Source: Armatimonadota bacterium
GTDB taxonomy: Bacteria > Armatimonadota > Zipacnadia > Zipacnadales > VGFC01
Assembly: GCA_016869045.1 (NCBI GenBank)
Contig: VGFC01000003.1
Location: 2,170 to 66,169 of the forward strand
DNA length: 64,000 nucleotides
Direction: 5' to 3'
Below the pieces are notes generated by a model. The model ran no database searches and was not told where the DNA came from. It was given only the letters and a program-made list of their open reading frames with translations. Every line of letters begins with the position of its first letter. The stretch's first letter is position 1. Below are positions 19,055-28,606 of this stretch, piece by piece. The position numbers and the translations under genes were made by a program.

Positions 19055-22000
19055 ATGACGGCCATGTATCGGAGTCGATTGGTCGGCAGGTCGCTGCGGT
19101 ACTTGCCGGCGGCCGTGGTCGCGGCTGCCCTTCTCGCGTTGCTCTCCACATCGGCATCGGCGAAGTTCACGATCATCACTGTCCGCGATCCTGCGTCGGG
19201 GCGTACGGCGCAGGCCGTGGACGGGCGCGTGATCGTGGTGACGAGAGCGGGTGCCACGGCGACCCAGATGCGGGCCCTGTTCCATCAGGCGGGCGCGGTC
19301 TCGGCACGGCCCATCTGCCACGCCCTGGCCTGGGTCGTCGAGCTGCCGCCCGGGCAGTCGGTGGCGAGGGGGGTGGAGCGGTACTCGGCCAGCAGCCTCG
19401 TGGCCAGGGCCGGTCCGGACATCCTCGAGCAGTATGCGGGCGTGCGCAGCCTGCCTCTTGCGGTCCGCGACCGGCCGCAGATCATCCCCAACGACCCCAT
19501 GTGGGGCCAGCTGTGGGGCATGCAGAAGATCGGCGCGGACGCCGCTTGGGATACCCAGACGGGCAGTCCCACCGTGGTCTGCGCCGTCATCGACTCCGGG
19601 ACGGACTACACGCACCCAGACCTCACCGGGCGGGAGTGGATCAACGCGGGCGAGACTGCCGGCGACGGCATCGACAATGACAATAACGGGTACGTGGACG
19701 ACGTGCGCGGGTGGGACTTCCTCGACAACGACAATGACCCGGGTCCTGCCGACGCCTCCGGCTTCCCAGAGCCCCACGGGACCCACGTCGCGGGCACGGT
19801 CGGGGCCACGGCGAACAACGCCACCGGCGTTGTGGGCGTGACGTGGACCTGCAAGCTCATGCTCCTGCGGATCGGGAACGCGGCGGGGCTGCCGACGAGC
19901 GCCTCATATGAGGCCATCACGTATGCTGCGGACAACGGCGCCGATGTCGCCAACATGTCCTATGGCGGGATGTTCGACCCGGGATACGACACGCCGCTGG
20001 GGTATGCGTACGGCAATGGCGTGGTGCTCTGTGCCGCGACCGGCAACTCGGCCTGGGAGTTCACCCTCGACCCGAACACGTGGGATTCCCCGGTCTGTAA
20101 CGACGGGATCGCCGGCGTTGACAACAAGGTCATCGGGGTCTCGGCCAGTGACGAGAACGACCTGAAGACGGACTTCTCCAACTACGGAGGCGCCTACAAG
20201 TTCGTGGACGTCTGTGCGCCGGGCATCAACATCCTCAGTACCGTGCCAGGCGGAATCTACGAATCGTGGGCGGGGACCTCGATGGCTTGCCCCCACGTGG
20301 TGGGGCTGGCGGGGCTGGTTGTCTCGGAGATTGGCAAGGACAAGCCGCAGGCCATCATCGACCAGATCCGGGACACTGCGGTCAACATCGATGCCCTGAA
20401 CCCGATGTATGCCGGCAAGCTCGGGACGGGCCGCATCGACGCGGCCGAAGCCGTCAACTTCGACGCGCCACCTAGGCCGGCTACGACGGTCAACGCCTTC
20501 GACACGGCGAACGACGAGGGAGGCAGCTGCACGATTACCTGGCGCAAGTCGCCCGATGACGGCGCGGGGCGAGGCGATGTGGTCGGCTACGAGCTATGGC
20601 GTGGGACCCAGCCCGACCCGACGACGTCAACCTTCGTCAGGGTCGCCGATCGCACGGCCCTCCCGGCGGGGAAGTCCGGGTACATCGACGCTAACCCTCA
20701 CGCCGACCCCAAGCTGGACCTGGTGGATGGGCAGAACTACTACTACTACGTGCGCACGTTCGACAGCTCCTTCTCTGCGGACTCGACCGTAAGCGCGGCC
20801 GCCTCGCCGCGGGACGACTCCTCACCACCGGCCATCGCGAATCTCCTGGCCCAGGACACCCAGGCCGACAACGGGCGGTCGATCACGCTGAGCTGGGTAG
20901 GCTACACCGGCTCGGCCGATCTGCAGCAATTCAAGGTGTACCGCAGTCTCGCCGAGTTTACGTCCGTGACCGAGGACGACGTCGAGTTGGTCGCCGAGGG
21001 CCTCAGCCCGAGCACGCGCAACTACGTGGACAAGGCCACGGACCCCAACGCCGACCCGACCGACCCCGAGGCCCAGCCGCTCGACCAGACCGACTACTGG
21101 TATGCGGTGACGGCGCTCGATGAGGTCGGCAACGCGGTCACGACCGTGACACCCACCGGCCCCGCGCAGTGCGCGCCGAACCTGTCCATCACGTTCAGCT
21201 ACGGCCTGCGCATGATCACCGTGCCCGCCGAGCCGATCGACCCGAGCCCGGTCTCCGTGTTCGGGTTCACGGATGCGACGACTGCGCAGTTCGCGCGCTA
21301 CGACTCGCTGAGCCAGTCGTACCACACGGTCGCGCAGAATCCCGACGACCCCTATCTGACGATCGTCCCGGGCCGAGCGTTCTGGCTGAACCGTGACCTC
21401 CCGAGCTTCATCGGTGTGGGAGGGCGACTGGTGGACGAGGATGAGACCGAAGTGGCGCTCGGGCAGGGATGGAACCAGATCGGCTGCCCGTACGACGCCG
21501 AGTACCCCTTCGAGGGAATCACGGTGCGCGACTCGTTCGGAACCGACACCGCGATTGTGGCGTCAAACCAAGGACTGGTGAGGAAGTACGGGTGGCGCTA
21601 TGATGCGTTCCAGCGCAGCTACCGGCTCGTATCGGCCACGCTTCCCGGCGCGGATACTGCGCTCCCGCAGCGCGAGGGGGTGTGGGTCCATGCCCTGCAG
21701 GCCGGTGCGAAGCTCGTGTTCGCAAAGAACGTGGTCGTTCCCGCCGAGGCCCCGGCGGCCAGCCCCGCCAAGCTCGACGGCTGGCAGATTCGGCTCATCG
21801 CCAAGACCGCGAAGGCGCTGGATACCGACAACTTCATTGGCGTAACGTCGGCGGCCCCCGCGATTGGCCGGATCGTGAGCCCGCCGCCGGTAGCCGGAGG
21901 CGTCGATCTCTACCTGGCGGGCGGCGGCACGGAGCGACTGGCGACGGACCTGCGGAAGACGCTCGGCGCCAAGGCGGAGTGGCAGGTCACGGTTGAGTGC

Positions 22001-22489
22001 GCCCAGGCAGACGCGGATGTCGAGTTGTCGTGGCCCGACCTGACGACGGTCCCGAACGACCTCCGGCCCGTCCTGAAGGACCTGGCGACGGGGCGGTCGG
22101 TCTACATGCGAACCGCGACGGGTTACACGTACCACTCGCGAGCGGCCGGAGAGCAGCGCAAGTTCGAGATCGTGTTGGCGGGCCCGGCGGTTGGCCCGGT
22201 CGTGACGCAGATGGCGGCGACACCGGCAAAGGCCGGCGGCGTCGAGTTGACCTACACGCTGGCGCGGACCGCGGATGTGACGATCGAGGTGCGCAACCTC
22301 GCCGGGCGGCTCGTGGCGACGGTTGCGGCGCCGCAGGGCCAGGTCGGCCTGAACCGCGTCCTCTGGAACGGACAGGCCGCCGGAGGACAGGGCGTACCGA
22401 GCGGACGGTACGTGATCTCTATCACAGCGGTCGCCGATGACAACGGCGAAACCGTCCGCGCGCTGAAGCCGGTGACGTTGGCTCGCTAG
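19055..22489 (+). CDS. Giant secreted subtilisin-like serine protease (peptidase S8) with FN3-like middle domains and C-terminal FlgD-Ig/T9SS-CTD-like domain
   Basis: Catalytic triad blocks AVIDSGTDYTHPDL (Asp), HGTHVAGTVGA (His), GTSMACPHVVG (Ser); signal peptide; start at 19055 or 19064 (RBS GGAGGA); C-terminal ...VTIEVRNLAGRLVATV...WNGQ...GVPSGRYVISI... sorting-domain-like tail. Confidence 0.85.
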   Translation: MTAMYRSRLVGRSLRYLPAAVVAAALLALLSTSASAKFTIITVRDPASGRTAQAVDGRVIVVTRAGATATQMRALFHQAGAVSARPICHALAWVVELPPGQSVARGVERYSASSLVARAGPDILEQYAGVRSLPLAVRDRPQIIPNDPMWGQLWGMQKIGADAAWDTQTGSPTVVCAVIDSGTDYTHPDLTGREWINAGETAGDGIDNDNNGYVDDVRGWDFLDNDNDPGPADASGFPEPHGTHVAGTVGATANNATGVVGVTWTCKLMLLRIGNAAGLPTSASYEAITYAADNGADVANMSYGGMFDPGYDTPLGYAYGNGVVLCAATGNSAWEFTLDPNTWDSPVCNDGIAGVDNKVIGVSASDENDLKTDFSNYGGAYKFVDVCAPGINILSTVPGGIYESWAGTSMACPHVVGLAGLVVSEIGKDKPQAIIDQIRDTAVNIDALNPMYAGKLGTGRIDAAEAVNFDAPPRPATTVNAFDTANDEGGSCTITWRKSPDDGAGRGDVVGYELWRGTQPDPTTSTFVRVADRTALPAGKSGYIDANPHADPKLDLVDGQNYYYYVRTFDSSFSADSTVSAAASPRDDSSPPAIANLLAQDTQADNGRSITLSWVGYTGSADLQQFKVYRSLAEFTSVTEDDVELVAEGLSPSTRNYVDKATDPNADPTDPEAQPLDQTDYWYAVTALDEVGNAVTTVTPTGPAQCAPNLSITFSYGLRMITVPAEPIDPSPVSVFGFTDATTAQFARYDSLSQSYHTVAQNPDDPYLTIVPGRAFWLNRDLPSFIGVGGRLVDEDETEVALGQGWNQIGCPYDAEYPFEGITVRDSFGTDTAIVASNQGLVRKYGWRYDAFQRSYRLVSATLPGADTALPQREGVWVHALQAGAKLVFAKNVVVPAEAPAASPAKLDGWQIRLIAKTAKALDTDNFIGVTSAAPAIGRIVSPPPVAGGVDLYLAGGGTERLATDLRKTLGAKAEWQVTVECAQADADVELSWPDLTTVPNDLRPVLKDLATGRSVYMRTATGYTYHSRAAGEQRKFEIVLAGPAVGPVVTQMAATPAKAGGVELTYTLARTADVTIEVRNLAGRLVATVAAPQGQVGLNRVLWNGQAAGGQGVPSGRYVISITAVADDNGETVRALKPVTLAR

Positions 22490-22567
22490 CCGCCTTGCCC
22501 AATCGGGGGCGCCGCCCCGCCGATGCGGGCGGGGCAGGAACAACACTCCGAACGGGCAAGCAGGCAG

Positions 22568-25500
22568 ATGCCGAGTCCAGAACACAGACATCCGTCTACG
22601 CGTCGTGTGCGAACGGGCTGCCGGGCGCGAATCCTCGCCCACGGCGGCCCGTTGGTGGTTCTACTGGTTGGACTGGGGGCCCTCGTGCTCCCTGGCCGCG
22701 CCCAAGACAGCTTCCTCCCCCTCGTCGATCGTCCGGGCCCTCCCATACGCGGCATCGACAGCCTTGGGCGGCCCCAGTTCCGCCTGCCCCAAGCCGTCGC
22801 CAATCGGCTGGTCGTCCAGCTTCGCCCCGGGCAGCGGCCCGAGGCGGCGGAGGCTGTCGCGCGACGTCTCGGCGGTCGCGTGCGGCGTGTGCTGCCGCGG
22901 TTCGGGATGGCGATCATCGAGCTCCCGCCGGGCTGGGATCTGGCTCAGGCCGAGGTGACGGCCTCGGCCGCCCCGGAGGTGGAGTTTGCCGAGCCCGACA
23001 TGTTGGTCTACCTCACCGCGATGCCGGCCGACCCGCGCTACGGCGAGCAGTGGCATCACCCGCTCATCCGGTCATCCGAGGCCTGGGACGTAACCACCGG
23101 CGTGAGGGGAACCGTCATCGCCGTGATCGACTCGGGAGTGGACCTGGACCACCCCGACTTGGCCAGCAAGATCTGGACCAACCCCGGCGAGACGCCCGAT
23201 AACGGGAAGGACGACGATGGGAACGGGCTCATCGACGACGTGCACGGCTGGGACTTTCTGGCCAACAACAACGACCCGCAGCCCTCGCCGGACGGGAACG
23301 ACAACGACGGCAACGGCGAGGCGGATGACCAAGTGACCCATGGCACGTTGGTGGCCGGGCTGGCGGCGGCGGCGGCGAACACGTTCGGCACCGTCGGCGT
23401 GAACTGGAAGGCGCGGGTCCTGCCCATCCAGGTCTTCCCCGATGACGGCGGCACGGCGGTATCGACGGTCATCGAGGGCATGGACTATGCCATTGCTATG
23501 CACGCGGACGTCATCAACCTCAGCCTCGGAGGCGGGTACACGCCATCGTTCAACGCCCCGATCCGGGCGGCGTACCAGGCGGGCGTAACGGTCGTCGTCG
23601 CCTCAGGCAATGCCGGGCAGGAGTTCACGAAGAACTCCTCGACCTGGGCCTCGCCGGCCTGTAACGACGGGCCGAACGTGGGTGTGGACAACTTCGTCCT
23701 GGGCGTGGGCGGCACCGACCAGAGCAACCGGCACTGCTCCTTCAGCAACCTCGACGGCTCCGGCTACCGCTTCGTGGATGTCTCGGCGCCCGGCCAGGCT
23801 GTGTTCGGACCGGGCTACCAGAACGACAGCTTCCCGGCCTTCCAGGCGTACTTCGCCAAGGGCACGGGCACGTCGTTTTCCTCACCCATCGTGGCCGGCC
23901 TGGCCGCGCTGGTGAAGGCCCACAAGCCGGGGGCCACCAACGCGCAGATCATCGAGCGGATCCGCCAGACGACCGACAACATCGACGGCGTCAACCCGGG
24001 TTTCGTGGGCAAGCTGGGCACGGGGCGAATCAACGCGGCGCGCGCACTGGGCGTCGATCTGCCGCCGGCGGCGGTGCGCAATCTGCGGGCGCAGGATACC
24101 GCCGGCGACCAGGGCGGCTCGACCACGTTGCGCTGGTTGCGTTCGACCGATGATGGCGGCGGCGCGCAGGACGTTGCAGAGTACATCATCAAGCGGTCCC
24201 CCACGGCGGAGGGGCCGTTCAGTACGCAGGCCTCGGTTCCCGCGGGCACCGACACGTACGCCGACACGAACGTCGCCAACCACGTGGACTACTACTACGT
24301 GGTGACGACGCGCGACGCGGTCGGACAGACTACCGATTCGGACGTCGCCGGGCCCGCTCAGGCCCGCGACGATACACCTCCGCCGGCGGTCCAGGGGGTC
24401 ACGGCCGACGACCTCCCGAACGACGCGGGGGGCGCGATCCGCGTCGCGTGGACGCAGTATGCCGCCCCAACCGACTTCGCCGCCCTTCGTGTGTATCGGG
24501 CCAAGTTCAAGTTCGTCAACGTCCTGGGCATGACGCCGATCGCCACACTGACAGACCCGAACGCCACCTCCTACGAGGATGCGGCGACAACGGACGGTGT
24601 AGACTACTGGTACGCCGTCACCGCGGTCGATGCCGAGCCGAATGAGATCACCGACGTGACGGCTGCCGGACCGGTGCAGTCCTTCCCGAACCAGGGCATT
24701 GCGGTTGCGCCCGGATTGCACTTCATGGCCACCCCGATCGTGCCTGCCGACCTCGATCCGGCGGCGTTCTTTGGGATCGCGCCTCAGGACCTCACATACG
24801 CACGATTCGACCCCACGGCACAAGGGGGGCAGGGGCAGTACATCTTCTACGAGATGGCGCCTACCAGCCCTCTCGTGTTGCTCGGTCTCGGAAAGGGGTT
24901 CTGGTTCCACACCGATGGGCAGGTCGTGGTGAACCCCGTGGGCGACGTCGCGGCGAGCGGGCCCTTTGCGATTGACCTGGAGCCGGGCTGGCGGCAGATC
25001 GGGAACCCCTTCCTGACCCAGACGGATTTCACGGCGGCGACGGTAGAGGACGGGTCCATAACAATGGACCTGGCGAGCGCCGAGGCGGCAGGGATCATGC
25101 GGCGCTTCGCCTGGGCGTATGACCCCTCTACGGGGGACTACGTGCTGATCGACCGCGTGGTCGGCGGAGGGCAACGGCTCATTGCGCCATGGGAGGGGTT
25201 CTGGGTCTACGTGATGAAGGCGTGCCGGCTGGTTCTCGACCGGAGACCGACGACGGTCGCGTCGCAGGCCGTGCCGACGAGGCTGCGCAAACCGACGTGG
25301 CAGGTTCAACTCGTCGCGCGCAGCGGAAGCCGCGTCGATGCCCCGAACTACGTCGGTGTGGCCGCCGAGCCGGAGCGACTGGATGTGGAAGCACCCCCGG
25401 CCTTCGGCAGCGGCGTGCGGCTGGACTTGCGGACGGCCACCGGTGGGCGCTATGCCGCGACCTTCCGCAAGCCTTCGGCCGGGACGCTCGAGTGGACCTT

Positions 25501-25996
25501 CACCGTTGCCGTGGACGCGCCGGGGGAGGTCACGATCGCCGCGCCCGATCTGAGCCCTGTCCCGCCCGAGTACGGGGTCGTGCTGACCGACCTGGACGCC
25601 CGGCGGCAGACTCAGCTGCGCACGCTGTCGTCGTATCGGTACACGGCGGAGTCCGCCGGCGACCGGCATTTCCGCCTGACGGTGAAGCGAGAGGCAAGCG
25701 CGCTGGCCATCACGAGCCTGGCCGCCACGCCCCTCCGCGGGGGCGGCACGGAGGTGCGGTTCGCGTTGACCTCGGCCGCGAACTGCGACGTGGAAGTGCT
25801 CAACATCGCGGGGCGCCCGGTCCGACGGCTAATAATGTCGGAGGATTATGCGGCAGGGCAGCAGGTGATCTTGTGGAATGGGCGAACTGATACGGGTGTG
25901 CCGGCGCCCAACGGGACGTACCTGATCCGGGTACGGGCTCGTTCGGCCGCCGGAGCGGTTGTGCACGCGCTCTCAAGCGCCACCATTCTGCGCTAA
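22568..25996 (+). CDS. Second giant subtilisin-like serine protease (S8), paralog of 19055..22489, same C-terminal module
   Basis: AVIDSGVDLDHPDL, HGTLVAGLAAAAAN, GTSFSSPIVAGLAAL triad blocks; C-terminal ...CDVEVLNIAGRPVRRL...WNGRTDTGVPAPNGTYLIRV... Start uncertain (ORF opens at 22523). Confidence 0.85.
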   Translation: MPSPEHRHPSTRRVRTGCRARILAHGGPLVVLLVGLGALVLPGRAQDSFLPLVDRPGPPIRGIDSLGRPQFRLPQAVANRLVVQLRPGQRPEAAEAVARRLGGRVRRVLPRFGMAIIELPPGWDLAQAEVTASAAPEVEFAEPDMLVYLTAMPADPRYGEQWHHPLIRSSEAWDVTTGVRGTVIAVIDSGVDLDHPDLASKIWTNPGETPDNGKDDDGNGLIDDVHGWDFLANNNDPQPSPDGNDNDGNGEADDQVTHGTLVAGLAAAAANTFGTVGVNWKARVLPIQVFPDDGGTAVSTVIEGMDYAIAMHADVINLSLGGGYTPSFNAPIRAAYQAGVTVVVASGNAGQEFTKNSSTWASPACNDGPNVGVDNFVLGVGGTDQSNRHCSFSNLDGSGYRFVDVSAPGQAVFGPGYQNDSFPAFQAYFAKGTGTSFSSPIVAGLAALVKAHKPGATNAQIIERIRQTTDNIDGVNPGFVGKLGTGRINAARALGVDLPPAAVRNLRAQDTAGDQGGSTTLRWLRSTDDGGGAQDVAEYIIKRSPTAEGPFSTQASVPAGTDTYADTNVANHVDYYYVVTTRDAVGQTTDSDVAGPAQARDDTPPPAVQGVTADDLPNDAGGAIRVAWTQYAAPTDFAALRVYRAKFKFVNVLGMTPIATLTDPNATSYEDAATTDGVDYWYAVTAVDAEPNEITDVTAAGPVQSFPNQGIAVAPGLHFMATPIVPADLDPAAFFGIAPQDLTYARFDPTAQGGQGQYIFYEMAPTSPLVLLGLGKGFWFHTDGQVVVNPVGDVAASGPFAIDLEPGWRQIGNPFLTQTDFTAATVEDGSITMDLASAEAAGIMRRFAWAYDPSTGDYVLIDRVVGGGQRLIAPWEGFWVYVMKACRLVLDRRPTTVASQAVPTRLRKPTWQVQLVARSGSRVDAPNYVGVAAEPERLDVEAPPAFGSGVRLDLRTATGGRYAATFRKPSAGTLEWTFTVAVDAPGEVTIAAPDLSPVPPEYGVVLTDLDARRQTQLRTLSSYRYTAESAGDRHFRLTVKREASALAITSLAATPLRGGGTEVRFALTSAANCDVEVLNIAGRPVRRLIMSEDYAAGQQVILWNGRTDTGVPAPNGTYLIRVRARSAAGAVVHALSSATILR

Positions 25997-25997
25997 G

Positions 25998-26015
25998 CCC
26001 GCCGTCGCGATCGAC
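25998..26015 (+). terminator. Short GC hairpin immediately after protease-2 stop
   Basis: gccgtcg-cgat-cgacggc; weak, no U-tract. Confidence 0.25.
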
Positions 26016-26058
26016 GGCGCCGGCACCCACTCCGAATGAGGAAAGGGCTGAAGGAAGC

Positions 26059-27093
26059 ATGATCCGAGGCCGCTGGACATCGATCATCGTCGGGACAGCA
26101 CTCATCACCTTGGCGGCGGGTATCGTCGGCTGCGGCAGTGGCGCGGGGTTTCCGGGCGGCGGCGGACCGCCCCCGCCTCCGCCACCTCCGGCTCAAGGCA
26201 CGGCCAGCATCCAGGGAGTGGTTGTGGACTCGCAGAACACGGCGACCCGGATTGCCGGGGCCGAGGTCCGCCTGGCGGCGGATGGTCAGGCTGACCGTGC
26301 CTGCGTGTTGACGGATGGGAACGGGAGCTTCAGGCTGGACAAGCTACAGGCGGGCGGGGTGAACGTCGAGGTCACGTTCCCCTCGACGCCGACCTATCAG
26401 GCCATGATCGTGCCGGTCGATACGGTCAAGGACAAGACGACCGTTGTGACCATCGCGGCCCTGCGGTCCGGCGTGACCCCGCCAACCTCGGTGACGCTCT
26501 CGCCCTCCGATGCGCAGGTCGATGTGGGCGGCGAGGTGCAGTTCGACGCCGATGTGCGCATCTACGGGGTACCGGCGAACATCGTGCCGAGCTTCTCACT
26601 CCTGGGCGACATCGGCACCTTGCTGCCCTCGGGGCTGTTCACCGCCACGAAGGTCGGCACGGGGGAGGTCACGGCGTTCTTCCCGCAAGCCAGCGTGAGC
26701 GCCAATGTTGAAGTGATCGGACCGAGGGTCCCTCAGCTCGGCACCCTGGCGGTGTCCCCGACGAACCTCCCAGCCGACGGCGGGCCGGTCCGCATCGCGA
26801 TCAGCGCCACCGACGGCAACGGGATCGCCCGCGTGGAGGCGAAGATCGTCACGCTCAACAAGGCGCCCGGTACGCTGGTCCTCCTGCTGGACTCGGGCAA
26901 CGATCGGGACGGCTCCTGGGCCGGCACGTTCACCGCTCCCGCGAACAGCAACCCGATCGGATGGGACGGCGTGCAGCTCGACCAGCGCTACAGCGTGCAG
27001 GTCAAGGTCACCGACCGTAGCGGCACCTCGACGAAGTCCGGCTGGGTGGACTTCGTCGTCGCAGGCCTCGAGGCGCCCCCGGGCCCGCCATAG
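26059..27093 (+). CDS. Lipoprotein with poly-Pro linker, carboxypeptidase-regulatory-like domain and bacterial Ig-like (Big_2-like) domain
   Basis: Lipobox IVGC; GGGGPPPPPPPPAQG linker; GVVVDSQNTATRIAGAEVRL...DGNGSFRLDKL CarboxypepD_reg-like pattern. Confidence 0.55.
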   Translation: MIRGRWTSIIVGTALITLAAGIVGCGSGAGFPGGGGPPPPPPPPAQGTASIQGVVVDSQNTATRIAGAEVRLAADGQADRACVLTDGNGSFRLDKLQAGGVNVEVTFPSTPTYQAMIVPVDTVKDKTTVVTIAALRSGVTPPTSVTLSPSDAQVDVGGEVQFDADVRIYGVPANIVPSFSLLGDIGTLLPSGLFTATKVGTGEVTAFFPQASVSANVEVIGPRVPQLGTLAVSPTNLPADGGPVRIAISATDGNGIARVEAKIVTLNKAPGTLVLLLDSGNDRDGSWAGTFTAPANSNPIGWDGVQLDQRYSVQVKVTDRSGTSTKSGWVDFVVAGLEAPPGPP

Positions 27094-27124
27094 ACGCCCG
27101 GGCGCGGATGGCAGGACATGACGC

Positions 27125-27151
27125 GAGCGCCGCCCACCTTGGGCGGCGCTC
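27125..27151. terminator. GC-rich hairpin (11-bp stem) between convergent genes; bidirectional terminator-like
   Basis: gagcgccgccc-acctt-gggcggcgctc followed by gatgttgg on + strand. Confidence 0.4.
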
Positions 27152-27178
27152 GATGTTGGCAGAGCTTGGCCGGACCTG

Positions 27179-27292
27179 CTAGCGGAGCAGCGCGACTCCG
27201 CTGACCCCCAGCCACGACAGCGCCACCACGATCCCCACGGCAATCTGCCACCACTCGACCCCGCGCTTCGTGGTCTCCGGAACGTACGCCAT
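27179..27292 (-). CDS. Possible small (37-aa) single-TM membrane protein
   Basis: ATG..TAG ORF MAYVPETTKRGVEWWQIAVGIVVALSWLGVSGVALLR; not in supplied ORF track (too short); hydrophobic core; low confidence. Confidence 0.2.
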   Translation of the reverse strand: MAYVPETTKRGVEWWQIAVGIVVALSWLGVSGVALLR

Positions 27293-27408
27293 GCGACTCA
27301 CACCCTTCCCGTGTTGAGGGCTGCCTCTGTTGCTGCCTCTACCACACTTCACGGGATATGCCGCATGGTTTGCGCGTCAGGCCGCGTAAACATGCCGTCA
27401 CGCGGCGC

Positions 27409-28494
27409 CTACGTGTGGTCCTTCAGCCACTTGATCGCGTCGTCGGCTTCGGTCTCGCTGCGCGCCCAGCAGCTGTACATGACCTTCTCGGGCTTCAGGC
27501 GCTCGTGGAAGAAAGGCAGTTGCTCGACACTGCAGTTGATGTCCAGCCCCTTGCCGTAGGTCTGGATCTTCTGGAACAGCTCGATGTAGTGGTCATGGCC
27601 CGGGTTGCGCGCGCCCGGGACCCAGCTGATCACATCGAGGTCCTTGATCGAGCAGATGTCGGCCAGATGGACGAGCGCATCGGGCCCGTCGTAGTGGTAG
27701 ACGGAGTGATCCAGGAAGCTGCACTCCTCCTCGAGGGCGGGGATCACCCAGCGGCGCGCCATCTCGGGAGAGAGCAGACAGATGAAGTCACACTGCGTGT
27801 AGCTCGTCCGCCCTTCGCCGTAGAAGGGTCCCCAGCCAAGCGATCCCCACCGGTCCATCTTCCCCGCGTAGTACACGCCGCAGTAGACCTCGAAGTAGAT
27901 GCGCCGCACGTCCGCGATCGCCCGATCGACGAGTTCCGGGCAATCGTACAGGTCCAGGCACAGGCGCTCGGGCAGGCGCATCGCCGCGAGGGCATCGAAG
28001 TTCGAGTGCAGGTCCAGGTGCGAGCAGAGCACCTTGCCCTCGCAACGCTCGACGAAGCGGCGGACGAAGTCGATCATCTGAACCCACAGCGGGTTGTGCA
28101 CGTCCAGCTCGAGGGGCAACACGTCGGCCCAGCTCTCGACGGTCGGCATCGACCAGCTCGTGCCGGTGCTGTCCGCCGACCGCGCGAGATCGACGCCCAG
28201 GAAGCCGGCGAACATGTCCGGGCCGAAGCTCGGCGTGAAGCACGGCAAGGCCTCGCCCGCGAAGTAGGTGGTCGCGGCGTTCTCCAGCACCATGTCGATC
28301 GCGCGGTCGAAGTTGCCGTCATGGCCGGCCATGTACTCGGGGCCGGGCCTCGGGTCGCAGCCCTCCTTGGGGGCGCGAATCATCACCCCTGGGCGGTCGA
28401 TGATCTCTCCCGCCCAGAAGGCCTCCCAGTACCGGCGGGCTTCGGCGAAGTCGGGCTTGAACTCCAGCGAGTCAGGCATCTCAAAGGCGGGCAT
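27409..28494 (-). CDS. URO-D-family-like protein, paralog 2 (divergent from 28607..29641)
   Basis: Start moved to internal ATG (MPAFEMPDSLEF...) at 28494; same fold-level blocks as other URO-D-like ORFs. The overlapping ORF 28481..29569(-) is spurious. Confidence 0.55.
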   Translation of the reverse strand: MPAFEMPDSLEFKPDFAEARRYWEAFWAGEIIDRPGVMIRAPKEGCDPRPGPEYMAGHDGNFDRAIDMVLENAATTYFAGEALPCFTPSFGPDMFAGFLGVDLARSADSTGTSWSMPTVESWADVLPLELDVHNPLWVQMIDFVRRFVERCEGKVLCSHLDLHSNFDALAAMRLPERLCLDLYDCPELVDRAIADVRRIYFEVYCGVYYAGKMDRWGSLGWGPFYGEGRTSYTQCDFICLLSPEMARRWVIPALEEECSFLDHSVYHYDGPDALVHLADICSIKDLDVISWVPGARNPGHDHYIELFQKIQTYGKGLDINCSVEQLPFFHERLKPEKVMYSCWARSETEADDAIKWLKDHT

Positions 28495-28606
28495 GGTGTC
28501 CTCCGGGCGGGCTGACTGACGCACGGGGCGCGTATTCCAGCGGAGAGGGGCCACCCCCTCCTGGCGCGAACACTCGCGCCGCGACACCCCCCTCCCGAAA
28601 GGACGC